This document shows, in pieces, positions 47,015 through 56,996 of a stretch of 64,000 nt of DNA. Source of the DNA: an uncultured Pseudomonadota bacterium. GTDB taxonomy: Bacteria > Pseudomonadota > Gammaproteobacteria > Burkholderiales > Thiobacillaceae. The stretch's first letter is position 1, and every line of letters begins with the position of its first letter. Under the pieces are notes generated by a model. The model was not told the origin of the DNA. It was given only the letters and a program-made list of their open reading frames with translations, and made no database searches. Where the stretch lies: the NCBI GenBank assembly GCA_903835655.1, contig CAILNT010000114.1, positions 34,410 through 98,409 on the forward strand, written 5' to 3'. Made by a program: the position numbers and the translations under genes.

Positions 47015-49284
47015 CAGCGCATGGCCTTATCCATACTTTGCAGGAATTTTTCGGGCGGCTCGTAGCCGATTACGCGGTATGCGCTTTCCTGGCCGGTCTT
47101 GTCGAAGAAGATCATGCCAGGCGGGCCGAACAGCTTGAAGCGGGCCAGCATGGCGCGGTCGTCGGCCGTGTTGGCGGTGACGTCGGCCTGAAGCAATAGC
47201 ATGCCTTTCAGGCGCGCCGCGACACGGGCGTCGGCGAAGCTGTCGCGTGCCATCTCCTTGCACGACACGCACCAGTCTGCATAGAAGTCCAGCATCACCG
47301 CGCGAGGCGCTGCACCGCGGAGCGCCGCGTCGAGTTCGGCCAGGTTCTTCACCCGCTGGAAGACCGGATGCACCTCCATCGTGGCCGCCCCAGCGGCGCC
47401 GCCCTTGAAGACGGCCAGCGGTTGCAGGAGGTCGCGGCCGCCGCCCAATGCGCCCAGCAGCAGCGCGATCCCGGTCACCAGACTGATCAGGCCTGCGCCT
47501 TTCCAGAAGCGGCTCCAGCCGCCGGCACCCGGGGCCAGAGGGTCCACGGCCTTGAGATAGACGCCGGAGTTCATCAGCAAGGCGGCCCACAGGAACATCT
47601 GCAGAAGTTCCGAGAGCAGCGGCGAGACCAGCCAGACCGCCACTGCCAGCAAGGCTACGCCAAAGAATTTCTTCACCGCTTCCATCCAGGCGCCGGCACG
47701 CGGCAGCAGGGCGCCGGCGGAGAGTCCAACTAGCAGCAGGGGTACGCCCATCCCCAAAGCCAGGGAGAACAGGGAAACCCCGCCCAGCACCACGTCTCCG
47801 GTCTGGCTGATATAGAGCAGCGCGCCGGCCAGGGGCGCGGCCACACAGGGGCCGATGATCAGCGCGGAGATGATGCCCATGAGGAACACGCCGGCGAAAT
47901 GCCCGCCTTTCATGCGGTTGCTCGCCTCGGTGAAGCGGCTCTGCAAAAAACTGGGCAGTTGCAGTTCGTAAAAACCGAACATGGAAAAGGCCAGCAGTAC
48001 GAAGATGGCGGCCCCTGTGCCCAAGGCCCAGGGATTCTGCAAGGCATTGGAAATCAGCGTGCCGGACAGCCCCGCCGCCACGCCGGCCAAGGCGTAGGTG
48101 AATGCCATCCCCAGGACATAGGCCAGAGACAGGAGAAAGCCCTTGCGCTTGGTGATGCCCGTACCCTGGCCCACGATGATGCCGGAGAGGATGGGGATCA
48201 TCGGGAAGACGCAGGGCGTAAGCGAGAGCAGGAGGCCGAAGCCGAAGAAACTGACCACGACCAGCCAGTAATTGCCGCCCTCGAGCAGCGCGGTGATCCG
48301 GCCGGAGTCGGAGCGGTCCACCGGGCGCGCGGCGACCCGGCCGGAGTCGGGGTGCTCCACCGGAAGTATGGCGACCCGGCCCGAGTCGGAGTGCTCCACC
48401 GGGCGCGTGGCGGCCACGGGCTTGGCGGTGGCGGCGGGCAGGGTCAGGCTCAGTTCCCGTTCCAGCGGCGGATAGCAGATGCCTTTCTCGCTGCATCCCT
48501 GATATTCGACGTTCAGCTTGATGGGCCCGCCTTGCGGCAGGCCGGCCAGTTTCACCACGGCGGTGAAGGTGTGGTGATAGATATGCATCTTGCCGAAGGC
48601 GGGATCGATCTTTTCGTCGGCTACGGGCAGATCCATGCCTGCCAGCGTCACCCCCTTGGGCTGGATGACCCGGAACTTGAGTTTGTCGCGATACAGGTAA
48701 TAGCCCGGGGCAATGTTGTAGCGCGCTTCCAGCGTGCCGTCCGGACGCGCTTGCAGTTCCAGCTTGAAGGCTGCTTCGGGTGAGAGAAATTCGGGTTCGC
48801 TCGTGCCGATCAGGTTGCCGGCCAGTGCCTTCAATCGGGCGAGCGCGGCCGAACTCTGTTGCTGCAAGGGTTGCGCCGGTTTCAGCGCCGCCACGCCCTG
48901 CTGCGGTGGGTAGCACACGCCGGCATCGGCGCAGCCCTGGAACTCGGCCTTGAGGTTGAATGCCCGCGGCACGCCGTCGGGATAGGTCAGGGGGATGCGA
49001 AAACTCAACGGGCCGCGATAGATCTCGCTGCGGCCGGCATACTCATCGTCCAGAATCTGACCGGCCGGCAGTTCCGGCGTCCCCAGTTTCACGCTTGCAT
49101 CGGCGCTGAACTTGAGCTTGTTCCTGGACAAATGATAGCCTTTGGCGATCTGGAACCGCACCTGCGCGCCGTTCGCGTCGGCCAGACTGGCCGAATAGAC
49201 GAAGGCCTTTTCCGGTTCCAGCAGATCCTCCTCGGCATGGGCGAGTGTGGCGAACAGGAACAGCAGGGCGAAGAAGAAACGCAT
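47014..49284 (-). CDS. dsbD: Thiol:disulfide interchange protein DsbD with two tandem N-terminal (nDsbD) domains
   Basis: Two nDsbD-like modules, each with a Cys pair (FQGCADAGVCYPP; YQGCSEKGICYPP). They are followed by the TM core (LTPCVFPMIP ... IGPCVAAPL) and a C-terminal thioredoxin (YADWCVSCKE). Confidence 0.9.
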   Translation of the reverse strand: MRFFFALLFLFATLAHAEEDLLEPEKAFVYSASLADANGAQVRFQIAKGYHLSRNKLKFSADASVKLGTPELPAGQILDDEYAGRSEIYRGPLSFRIPLTYPDGVPRAFNLKAEFQGCADAGVCYPPQQGVAALKPAQPLQQQSSAALARLKALAGNLIGTSEPEFLSPEAAFKLELQARPDGTLEARYNIAPGYYLYRDKLKFRVIQPKGVTLAGMDLPVADEKIDPAFGKMHIYHHTFTAVVKLAGLPQGGPIKLNVEYQGCSEKGICYPPLERELSLTLPAATAKPVAATRPVEHSDSGRVAILPVEHPDSGRVAARPVDRSDSGRITALLEGGNYWLVVVSFFGFGLLLSLTPCVFPMIPILSGIIVGQGTGITKRKGFLLSLAYVLGMAFTYALAGVAAGLSGTLISNALQNPWALGTGAAIFVLLAFSMFGFYELQLPSFLQSRFTEASNRMKGGHFAGVFLMGIISALIIGPCVAAPLAGALLYISQTGDVVLGGVSLFSLALGMGVPLLLVGLSAGALLPRAGAWMEAVKKFFGVALLAVAVWLVSPLLSELLQMFLWAALLMNSGVYLKAVDPLAPGAGGWSRFWKGAGLISLVTGIALLLGALGGGRDLLQPLAVFKGGAAGAATMEVHPVFQRVKNLAELDAALRGAAPRAVMLDFYADWCVSCKEMARDSFADARVAARLKGMLLLQADVTANTADDRAMLARFKLFGPPGMIFFDKTGQESAYRVIGYEPPEKFLQSMDKAMR
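48291..48410. repeat. 39-bp (13-aa) tandem repeat x3 in the DsbD periplasmic linker
   Basis: GCCGGAGTCGG-type cores start at 48301, 48340 and 48379. They encode PVEHSDSGRVAIL / PVEHPDSGRVAAR / PVDRSDSGRITAL. Confidence 0.8.
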
Positions 49285-49297
49285 GGAGAACTCCGGT

Positions 49298-49723
49298 TCA
49301 GAGTTGGGCGGCGGCCCAGCGGAGATAATCGGGCAGGCCGGCGGCGACGTCGAAGGCGAGAATTTCCGGTATCTGGTATGGATGGCGCGCGCGTAGAAAA
49401 GATTCCAGCGCGGGATAACTTTCGGCCGTGGTCTTGATGATCAGGGGAATCTCCTCATCTTCCTGAACGTTCCCCGGCCGCTCGGACACCTTGGGCTGCA
49501 AGCTCGAAACTGCGCTTGGCTCGTTTTCCGAATCGGGGGCCTGCCAGCGGTATATGGAGCGGCAGGGTGACAACACGTTGACGCAAGCGGCCAGCCTGGC
49601 CTCGACCAACTCATGCGCCACGCGGCCGGCGGTTTCGGCATCGGGCAGGGTGGTGAGGACGATGCGTAGAGTGGCAGACACGAGGACGGTTGATGAAAGT
49701 ACGGATTCATGGGGGGCTTGCAT
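49298..49723 (-). CDS. cutA: Divalent-cation tolerance protein CutA, with a roughly 22-aa internal insertion (alternative GTG start at 49681)
   Basis: RLAACVNV..P..SIYRW and ..EE..LIIKT........L......HPYQIPEI CutA motifs. Sits directly upstream of dsbD, as in E. coli. Confidence 0.8.
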   Translation of the reverse strand: MQAPHESVLSSTVLVSATLRIVLTTLPDAETAGRVAHELVEARLAACVNVLSPCRSIYRWQAPDSENEPSAVSSLQPKVSERPGNVQEDEEIPLIIKTTAESYPALESFLRARHPYQIPEILAFDVAAGLPDYLRWAAAQL

Positions 49724-50118
49724 GGCTGGCGCTGATTATAGCCGTCGCCATTCCGGCCCTGGAAATGGTGGGCATCTACCAGGTCGCACAAGAGTTGGGC
49801 TGGGGCCTGACCCTGCTCTGCCTGGTTGCCGCGGGATGGGCGGGCGTGGCGCTGATACGCGCGCAACCCCGCGAATTGTCGGCTCGCCTGGGGCTGGCGC
49901 TGGCGCGCGGCGAAACGCCCTTCGCCGCCATCTGGTCCAGCGGCCGCCGTCTACTCGCCGGCGTGCTCCTGATCCTGCCCGGTTTTGGCAGCGATGTACT
50001 CGCCATCCTGCTCCTGATCTGGCCCAGCACGAGCACGCCGCTCCGGCCCAAGGTGTCAGGCAGCGCTCCACGCGGCGAGGGGGAGGTCATCGAAGGCGAG
50101 TTTCGTCGCGAAGATTGA
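49693..50118 (+). CDS. fxsA: FxsA-family cytoplasmic membrane protein
   Basis: AIPALEMVGIYQVAQELG......L........G and LLILPGFGSDVLAILLL motifs. Confidence 0.8.
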   Translation: MKVRIHGGLAWLALIIAVAIPALEMVGIYQVAQELGWGLTLLCLVAAGWAGVALIRAQPRELSARLGLALARGETPFAAIWSSGRRLLAGVLLILPGFGSDVLAILLLIWPSTSTPLRPKVSGSAPRGEGEVIEGEFRRED

Positions 50119-50122
50119 CCGT

Positions 50123-51046
50123 TCACGACGCCAGTTTGATGGCGTTGCGGCCCGCGTTCTTGGCGGCATAGACGGCGTCGTCGGCGCGGCGCAGCAAGGC
50201 GTGGCCATTTTCGTCGGGTTTCAGTGTGGCGATCCCGGCGCTGAAGGTGGTGTTGATCTGCTTGCCTTCGTAATTCAAGGGCGTGCGCGCCATCACCTGC
50301 TGTAGTCGGCCGAGGACGAAATGGGCGCCGCGGGCGTCGGTCTCCGGCAGGATCAGGGTGAATTCCTCGCCGCCGTAGCGCACCAGGGCGTCGGACTTGC
50401 GCATCACCGAGCGGATCAGGCTGGTGAAATGCATCAACATCAAATCCCCCGCCTCGTGGCCATGGACGTCGTTGATCTTCTTGAAGTGGTCCAGATCCAG
50501 CATCGCCAGGCTAAACCGCGCGTTGCTGCGCTGCGAGCGGGCGATCTCGCGCGACAGGGTCTGATCCAGGCCGCGCCGGTTGAGGGCGCCGGTCAGCGCG
50601 TCCTCGTTCAGCAACTGCCGGGTCTCCGCCAGTTCTTCCTGCATGACGCTGAGCGATTGCCTGGTTTCCAGGAGCTCCTGATGGCTGGATTCGACGGTGC
50701 TGTGGATGCTGCCCGCCTGTGCCACCACGGTGGTCAGAAGACGCAGGATCTCGTTCTTGTCGCGGCTGGATTTGAGACTCATGACGTTTGCCGACAGGCC
50801 CTGGTTCTTTTCGCCCAGGTCGTGCGCCAGGTGCTCGGTTTTGTCGGAAACCTCCTGCACCATCTGGCGCAGCAGGGAAAGCAGGTTGACGCAGCCCGCA
50901 TTGCCGGGCTCGGTCGGCTTCACCGGCTGGGGCAGGCCTGAGATCTCGTAGTAAGCGCGCTCGTAGTTTTCCGGGGTCGCGACTTCGCCTCGCTCCTTGA
51001 GCAACTGCATCACGGTCGAGCCGATGACATTGGGGGTTTGCGCCAT
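50123..51046 (-). CDS. GGDEF-domain diguanylate cyclase with a coiled-coil N-terminus
   Basis: DALTGALNRRG, LDLDHFKKINDVHGHEAGD and RYGGEEF (GGEEF active site) motifs. Confidence 0.88.
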   Translation of the reverse strand: MAQTPNVIGSTVMQLLKERGEVATPENYERAYYEISGLPQPVKPTEPGNAGCVNLLSLLRQMVQEVSDKTEHLAHDLGEKNQGLSANVMSLKSSRDKNEILRLLTTVVAQAGSIHSTVESSHQELLETRQSLSVMQEELAETRQLLNEDALTGALNRRGLDQTLSREIARSQRSNARFSLAMLDLDHFKKINDVHGHEAGDLMLMHFTSLIRSVMRKSDALVRYGGEEFTLILPETDARGAHFVLGRLQQVMARTPLNYEGKQINTTFSAGIATLKPDENGHALLRRADDAVYAAKNAGRNAIKLAS

Positions 51047-51104
51047 GATCCCGTTGAAGTGAGAAAGTCAGAAGAACCGTCTATCGGCAACTTTGGCGGT
51101 AACT

Positions 51105-52604
51105 TTAGCCTATCTGCCCATGGCGATGCGGGACGTGCTGTGGCCGCGCTGCGCGCTGGTGCAGGGCATCGTGGACACCGCGCTGCTGCTGCGGCGGCGG
51201 GCCGAACCACTGCGGCAGCAAGGAGCCGGCCAACATGCCCAGCAGGGACATTATCAGGCCGGCAAACTGGGCCGGGACGAAAGGGGTTTCCGGGCCGGCG
51301 ACGAGGATGGCGAGCCAGGTGGACAAGCCCAGGAAGATCGCGGCCAGCGCCCCCTGCCGGGTTGCACGCCGCCAGTAGACGCCAAACGCCAAGGGGACGA
51401 AAGCCATGACCAAGGTGATCTGGTAGGCGTTCTCCACCATCTTGAAGATGCTCGCCTTGGAGTGGATCGCGTACAGGGTCACCAGGATTGTGAAGCCCAG
51501 GGTGACGATGCGCATGGTCCGCAGCAACTTGCGGTCCGACAGGGGGCCTAGCAGGGGTTTCAGCAGATTCTCGGTGAAGGTGACCGAGGGGGCGAGCAAG
51601 GTGGCAGAGGCGCAGCTCTTGATCGCGGACAGCAGCGCGCCGAAGAACATCACCTGCGCGAACAGGGGTGCGTGGTCGATGACCAGCCGCGGCAGGATCA
51701 TCTGCGGGTCCTGGGCCAGGTGGTTTTTCACCATCTGCGGGTCGATCAGGGTCGCCGAGTAGGCCAGGAACATGGGCACGAAGGCAAACACGAAATACAG
51801 GCTGCCCCCTAGTACCGTGGCCCATACGGCGATCTTTTCGCTGCGTGCGGACTGCACCCGCTGGAACACGTCCTGCTGCGGGATGGAACCTAGCATCATG
51901 GTGATCCAGGCGGCGAAGAAGGCCAGGATTTCCCTCGGGTCGGCCGCCGGCCAGAAGCTGAATTTACCGGAATGGGCCGCGTGCTCGACCACGGCGCCGA
52001 CGCCGCCGGCCATGCCGCTGACCTCTCCACCGATCCAGAGCATGCCGATCATGATCACGATCATCTGCAGGAAGTCGGTGATGGCCACCGCCCACATGCC
52101 GCCGAACAGGGTGTAGATGAGGATGGTCGAGGAACCGATGAGCATGCCCGAGAGGCGGCTGATCTCGCCCCCGGAAACCACGTTGAACACCAGCCCCAGG
52201 GCGGTGATCTGGGCGCCGACCCAACCCAGGTAGGAGATCACGATGGCCAGCGTGGTGAGCACTTCCACGCCCCGACCGAAGCGCTTCCTGTAGTAATCGC
52301 CTATGGTCAGCAGATTCATGCGGTACAGCGGCGAGGCGAAAAACACACCCACCAGGATCAGGCACAGCGAGGCGCCGAAGGGGTCGGCCACCACGCCGTG
52401 CAGCCCTTCCTGCAAGAAGGTGGCGGGTATCCCCAGCACCGTCTCGGAACCGAACCAGGTGGCGAACACCGTGGCGGTGACCATGTAGAAAGGCAGGTGA
52501 CGCCCGGCGATGGCAAAGTCGCGCGTGTTGTGGACGCGGCTGCCGGCCCATAGGCCGATGCCCACCGAGACCACCCAGTAGAGTATGACGAAACCCAGCA
52601 GCAT
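51105..52604 (-). CDS. Sodium:solute symporter (SSS) family transporter
   Basis: About 13 TM helices, with ..FAIAGR....... and WFGSETVLG...F motifs. The start is at MLLGFVILYW. Confidence 0.88.
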   Translation of the reverse strand: MLLGFVILYWVVSVGIGLWAGSRVHNTRDFAIAGRHLPFYMVTATVFATWFGSETVLGIPATFLQEGLHGVVADPFGASLCLILVGVFFASPLYRMNLLTIGDYYRKRFGRGVEVLTTLAIVISYLGWVGAQITALGLVFNVVSGGEISRLSGMLIGSSTILIYTLFGGMWAVAITDFLQMIVIMIGMLWIGGEVSGMAGGVGAVVEHAAHSGKFSFWPAADPREILAFFAAWITMMLGSIPQQDVFQRVQSARSEKIAVWATVLGGSLYFVFAFVPMFLAYSATLIDPQMVKNHLAQDPQMILPRLVIDHAPLFAQVMFFGALLSAIKSCASATLLAPSVTFTENLLKPLLGPLSDRKLLRTMRIVTLGFTILVTLYAIHSKASIFKMVENAYQITLVMAFVPLAFGVYWRRATRQGALAAIFLGLSTWLAILVAGPETPFVPAQFAGLIMSLLGMLAGSLLPQWFGPPPQQQRGVHDALHQRAARPQHVPHRHGQIG

Positions 52605-53035
52605 GTAAGCTCTCGCTCGAAGCGGTTGCGGGACGGCGCCTGGGCTGGAACGCTGCGGGCGCGGCCAGGGAGCATTATCCCGGAAATAAACGGCCACTCA
52701 CCAGCCGCCACTTGCCGTCGCCTCCGCCAAGTACGGGTATATTCGCGCCCTTGTCATGAATCGCCCGTCGCAAGGAGCAAGGATCCTTGATTCTTCATTT
52801 GACCGCTCATTTTCCCCCGTGAGGCCTCATGATCATCGAGGATTACGCCTTCGATCACGCTCACCCTCTGGGTGAACCCGCTACGCACCCGATTACACGC
52901 CTGACGAGCCGTCTGGCTGCGTTGTACCCGAAATGTGCAGGTCGGATTCGTACGCGCTTGAGCGCTACGATGCCGTTCCCTTGCCAGATAACTCGCCAGA
53001 CGCACACTCGTGCGTGTTCAACTGAGGATTCAAGG

Positions 53036-53953
53036 ATGACGATGTCGGATACTGGCCGGGCTATGTCCGCAAAGCCGGGCAGGAGAGGATGGCTACTGCC
53101 GCGCGCGATCGCGAATGCCTGTCGTGCCGGCTCGCTCGATACCAAGGCGAAGGCGAAGGTCATCCTGCGCATCCTGTACAAGCCGCTGCATGTCGCCCGC
53201 ATCGAACGCATGTTGCAGGAACTGGGGTTGGCCTTCATCAGCCGCCGCCATCCCCGACTCTACGAGAAACCTTATCGGCCCTATCTGGCCAGCGGCCTGG
53301 CACCCGGGGACAAGGTCGATCTCATCGGCGGCCACTACCGTCTGTTGCGCGCGCATTTCAGCCGGGGCCACATCGAAACGATATACTCGACCAGACTGCC
53401 CTTGCTGAGCGCCTTCCTGGCACAGATGCAGTGCGAGGTGGATTTGCGCCACGACCGTCGCATGGAGAAGGAAGGGGAATTGACGCTGTGGCTGTCGTGC
53501 AAGGGCGAGACCATGTCTTCCGTGACCTTCGTCTTGCATCCGCGCGCGCTCTACATCGGCTCGCTGCAAGGAGGGCAGGCGAGCCTGGAGGACATCCGCG
53601 GCTTCACCAAGCTGGGTCAGGGGGTGCGGCCACATAATTTCGTGGTCTTTCTGGCGCGCCTGATCGCCCGGCACTTCGGCCTGCCGGCCATCCTGGCGGT
53701 GAACAACGAGGCGCACATCTACCAGGCGAAGAAGCGCACCCAGGAACGCATCCAGTTCGACTATGACGCCTTCTGGGGCGAGAACGGCGGCGAACCGGCC
53801 GATCAGCGCTTCTTTCTCTTACCCCTGCAACAGCCGCGCAGGGAACTGGCGGAGGTGGCCGCCAACAAACGTGCCCAATACCGGCGCCGCTATGAGTTTC
53901 TGGATGCGTGCGCCCTCGAGTTCGAGCGCGAACTCGAGGGCTTGAAATCCTGA
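53036..53953 (+). CDS. DUF535 (VirK/YbjX) family protein
   Basis: RHPRLYEKPYRPYL, EGELTLWL, IGSLQG and ..GVRP.NF.. resemble my recollection of the VirK/YbjX family. Confidence 0.65.
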   Translation: MTMSDTGRAMSAKPGRRGWLLPRAIANACRAGSLDTKAKAKVILRILYKPLHVARIERMLQELGLAFISRRHPRLYEKPYRPYLASGLAPGDKVDLIGGHYRLLRAHFSRGHIETIYSTRLPLLSAFLAQMQCEVDLRHDRRMEKEGELTLWLSCKGETMSSVTFVLHPRALYIGSLQGGQASLEDIRGFTKLGQGVRPHNFVVFLARLIARHFGLPAILAVNNEAHIYQAKKRTQERIQFDYDAFWGENGGEPADQRFFLLPLQQPRRELAEVAANKRAQYRRRYEFLDACALEFERELEGLKS

Positions 53954-54029
53954 TCGGGCGCCGTTCCCGAAATATCGCCGAACCGCGCCACGACGGCCGC
54001 TGACTCTCGGCCGCTGGGGGCGGGCGGGA

Positions 54030-55430
54030 TCAGTAGCGGTAATGCTCCGCCTTGTACGGCCCGGTCACGGGCACGCCGATATAGGCAGCCTGTTGCTCGG
54101 TGAGCAGGCTCAACTGCGCGTTGAGCTTACGCAGTTGCAACCGCGCGACCTTCTCGTCCAGGTGCTTCGGGAGCGTGTAGACGCCTACCGGGTAATCCGC
54201 CGTGCGGGTGAACAGCTCGATCTGAGCGATGGTCTGGTTGGCGAACGAGGAACTCATTACATAGCTGGGGTGGCCGGTGGCGCAGCCGAGGTTCACCAGG
54301 CGGCCTTTTGCCAGCAGGATGATGCGATGACCGTCGGGGAAGATGACGTGATCGACCTGGGGTTTGATCTCTTCCCACTCGTATTTCTCGATGCCGGCGA
54401 CGTCGATCTCGGAGTCGAAGTGGCCGATGTTGCAGACGATGGCCTGGTCTTTCATCTTCACCATGTGGTCATGGGTGATGACGTGGTAGTTGCCGGTGGC
54501 GGTGACGAAGATGTCGGCCTTGTCGGCGGCGTAGTCCATGGTGACGACGCGGTAGCCCTCCATCGCCGCCTGCAGGGCGCAGATCGGGTCGACTTCGGTC
54601 ACCCAGACCTGCGCGGACAGGGCGCGCAGCGCCTGGCAGGAGCCTTTGCCCACGTCGCCGTAACCGCACACCAGCGCGACCTTGCCGGCCACCATGACAT
54701 CGGTGGCGCGCTTGATGCCGTCCACCAGGGACTCGCGGCAACCGTAGAGGTTGTCGAACTTGGACTTGGTGACCGAATCGTTGACGTTGATGGCGGGGAA
54801 CTTGAGTTCGCCGCGCTCGTGCATCTGGTAGAGGCGATGCACGCCGGTGGTGGTTTCTTCCGTGACGCCCTTCACCTGGGCCAGCCGTACGGAATACCAG
54901 GTGGGGTCGATCGCCAGCTTGGCCTTGATCGACGCGAACAACACGGTGGCTTCCTCGCAATCCGGATTGTTCAGCACGGAGAGGTCTTTCTCGGCGCGCG
55001 CGCCCAGATGCAGCAACAAGGTGGCGTCGCCGCCATCGTCGAGGATCATGTTCGAGTAACCACCCTCGGGCCACTCGAAGATCTTGTGGGTGTAATCCCA
55101 GTATTCGACCAGAGACTCGCCCTTGACCGCGTAGACCGGGATGTTTTCGGCGGCTATGGCGGCGGCGGCATGGTCCTGGGTCGAGAAGATATTGCAGGAA
55201 GCCCAGCGCACCTGGGCTCCCAGCGCAGTGAGGGTCTCGATCAGCACCGCGGTCTGGATGGTCATGTGCAGGCTGCCGGTGATACGCGCGCCCTTCAGCG
55301 GCTGGCTCGCCGCGTATTCCTCGCGGATGGCCATGAGGCCAGGCATCTCGGTCTCGGCGATGCGGATTTCCTTGCGGCCCCAATCGGCCAGTCCCGGGTC
55401 GGCGATCTTGTAGTCGGTAAACGCGTTCAT
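54030..55430 (-). CDS. ahcY: Adenosylhomocysteinase
   Basis: [37 protein letters not shown] motif and a C-terminal ..[10 protein letters not shown]. Confidence 0.96.
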   Translation of the reverse strand: MNAFTDYKIADPGLADWGRKEIRIAETEMPGLMAIREEYAASQPLKGARITGSLHMTIQTAVLIETLTALGAQVRWASCNIFSTQDHAAAAIAAENIPVYAVKGESLVEYWDYTHKIFEWPEGGYSNMILDDGGDATLLLHLGARAEKDLSVLNNPDCEEATVLFASIKAKLAIDPTWYSVRLAQVKGVTEETTTGVHRLYQMHERGELKFPAINVNDSVTKSKFDNLYGCRESLVDGIKRATDVMVAGKVALVCGYGDVGKGSCQALRALSAQVWVTEVDPICALQAAMEGYRVVTMDYAADKADIFVTATGNYHVITHDHMVKMKDQAIVCNIGHFDSEIDVAGIEKYEWEEIKPQVDHVIFPDGHRIILLAKGRLVNLGCATGHPSYVMSSSFANQTIAQIELFTRTADYPVGVYTLPKHLDEKVARLQLRKLNAQLSLLTEQQAAYIGVPVTGPYKAEHYRY

Positions 55431-55451
55431 TCACTGCTCCAAAAAAATGAA

Positions 55452-55524
55452 CGGGCGCGGTTGCTGCGAGTATGCCGTTTGTCCGAGCCTGGCGAGCCAT
55501 CGGCTCGTCGCAGCGCCCCTCGGG
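55452..55524 (-). promoter_or_regulatory. SAH riboswitch in the ahcY 5' leader
   Basis: Minus-strand RNA: CCCGAGGGGCGCUGCGAC-GAGCCGAUGGCUC-GCCAGGCUCGGACAAACGGCAUACUCGCAGCAACCGCGCCCG. Pairings are GGGCGC/GCGCCC, CUGCGA/UCGCAG, hairpin GAGCC/GGCUC and pseudoknot CCGAG/CUCGG. These fit the SAH element as I recall it, and it sits at its usual position upstream of ahcY. Confidence 0.8.
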
Positions 55525-55548
55525 ACGGCGGTTCAGTTGATTGCGGCT

Positions 55549-55788
55549 TCAGTGATTGAGCAGCGGCCTCGGGTCCAGGTCGGATTCGGAGGCTGCACGC
55601 TCGCCCTCAGCCCCGAAGTAGCGCGCCTCGCCGGACTCCAGGACGATCCACACTTCACGGGCCCCGGCTTCCAGATAGCGGCGGGTCTTGAAGCGTAGTT
55701 CCTCCTCGGAGTTGGACGGAGAGCGTATCATTTGGGCTCCTTCACTCGTTGCGTGGAATGGGTAGGCGACGCGGTTCGCTGCGCTCAC
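55549..55788 (-). pseudogene. C-terminal fragment of a Uma2-family (DUF820) endonuclease
   Basis: ..IRSPSNSEEELRFKTRRYLEAGAREVWIVLESGEARYFG.. matches the Uma2 C-terminal core (SPSN ... K...Y...GV.E.WIV). It is too short (79 aa) and lacks the N-terminal half. Confidence 0.5.
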
Positions 55789-55806
55789 CCATCCTGCCGC
55801 CCGCCC

Positions 55807-56973
55807 CTACATTCCCGCGTCGGCCTTCAGCGCCGCAGCTTTGTCGGTGGCTTCCCAGGTGAACTCGGGTTCGTCGCGGCCGAAGTGGCCGTAGGCGGCG
55901 GTCTTCTGGTAGATCGGGCGGAGCAGGTCGAGCATGAGGACGATGCCCTTGGGGCGCAGGTCGAAATGCTTGGCGATGAGCTCGTTCAGGTGCTCGTCGG
56001 TAATCTTGCCCGTGCCATAGGTCTCCACCATGACGCTGGTGGGGCGGGCCACGCCGATGGCGTAGGAAACCTGCACCAGGCAGCGGCTGGCCAATCCGGC
56101 GGCGACGATGTTCTTCGCCACGTAGCGGGCGGCGTAGGCAGCGGAGCGGTCGACCTTGGACGGGTCCTTGCCGGAGAATGCGCCGCCGCCGTGCGGGGCC
56201 GCGCCGCCATAGGTGTCGACGATGATCTTGCGGCCGGTGAGACCACAATCGCCTTGCGGGCCACCGACCACGAAGCGGCCGGTTGGGTTGACCAGGTATT
56301 TGATCTCGCCCTGGATGAGCTCCTTCGGCAGCACCGGCTTGATGATGTCCTCGATCACCGCCTCGCGGATGGTTTCCAGAGTCATCTCGGGCGCGTGTTG
56401 GGTGGAAACCACGACGGTATCGACGCTGTGCGGTTTGCCATCCACGTAATGCAGGGTGACCTGGGATTTCGCGTCCGGACGCAGCCAGGGTAGCCGCCCA
56501 TCCTTGCGCAACAGCGACTGGCGCTCCATCAGGCGGTGCGCCAGATAGATCGGCAGGGGCATCAGGGAGGGCGTCTCATCGCAGGCGTAGCCGAACATCA
56601 GGCCCTGGTCGCCGGCACCCTGGTTGAGGTAGTCGTCGGAGGCGCGGTCCACGCCCTGGGCGATGTCCGGGCTCTGCTTGTCGTAGGCCACCAGCACCGC
56701 GCAGCCACGGTAGTCGATACCGTAGTCGGTGTTGTCGTAGCCTATGCGCTTGATGGTGTCGCGGGCGACGTGGATGTAATCGACGTTGGCGGTGGTGGTG
56801 ATCTCGCCGGCCAGCACGACCAGCCCGGTGTTGGTGAGGGTCTCGGCGGCGACGCGGGCGGTGGGGTCCTGGGTCAGGATGGCGTCGAGGATGGCGTCGG
56901 AAATCTGGTCGGCAACCTTGTCGGGATGGCCTTCGGAGACCGATTCGGAAGTGAAGAAGTAGTCTTTGCTCAT
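55807..56973 (-). CDS. metK: S-adenosylmethionine synthase
   Basis: [28 protein letters not shown] and full MetK length. Confidence 0.96.
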   Translation of the reverse strand: MSKDYFFTSESVSEGHPDKVADQISDAILDAILTQDPTARVAAETLTNTGLVVLAGEITTTANVDYIHVARDTIKRIGYDNTDYGIDYRGCAVLVAYDKQSPDIAQGVDRASDDYLNQGAGDQGLMFGYACDETPSLMPLPIYLAHRLMERQSLLRKDGRLPWLRPDAKSQVTLHYVDGKPHSVDTVVVSTQHAPEMTLETIREAVIEDIIKPVLPKELIQGEIKYLVNPTGRFVVGGPQGDCGLTGRKIIVDTYGGAAPHGGGAFSGKDPSKVDRSAAYAARYVAKNIVAAGLASRCLVQVSYAIGVARPTSVMVETYGTGKITDEHLNELIAKHFDLRPKGIVLMLDLLRPIYQKTAAYGHFGRDEPEFTWEATDKAAALKADAGM

Positions 56974-56996
56974 GTGTTGCTCCTGTGTGATTCCCC

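Noticed and set aside
52754-53005. An 83-aa ORF (-) in the SSS-transporter/DUF535 spacer, plus the 5' extension of ORF 52829..53953.
   Set aside because: There is no family match. The DUF535 similarity begins only after the ATG at 53036, which has a nearby GAGGA/AAGGA.
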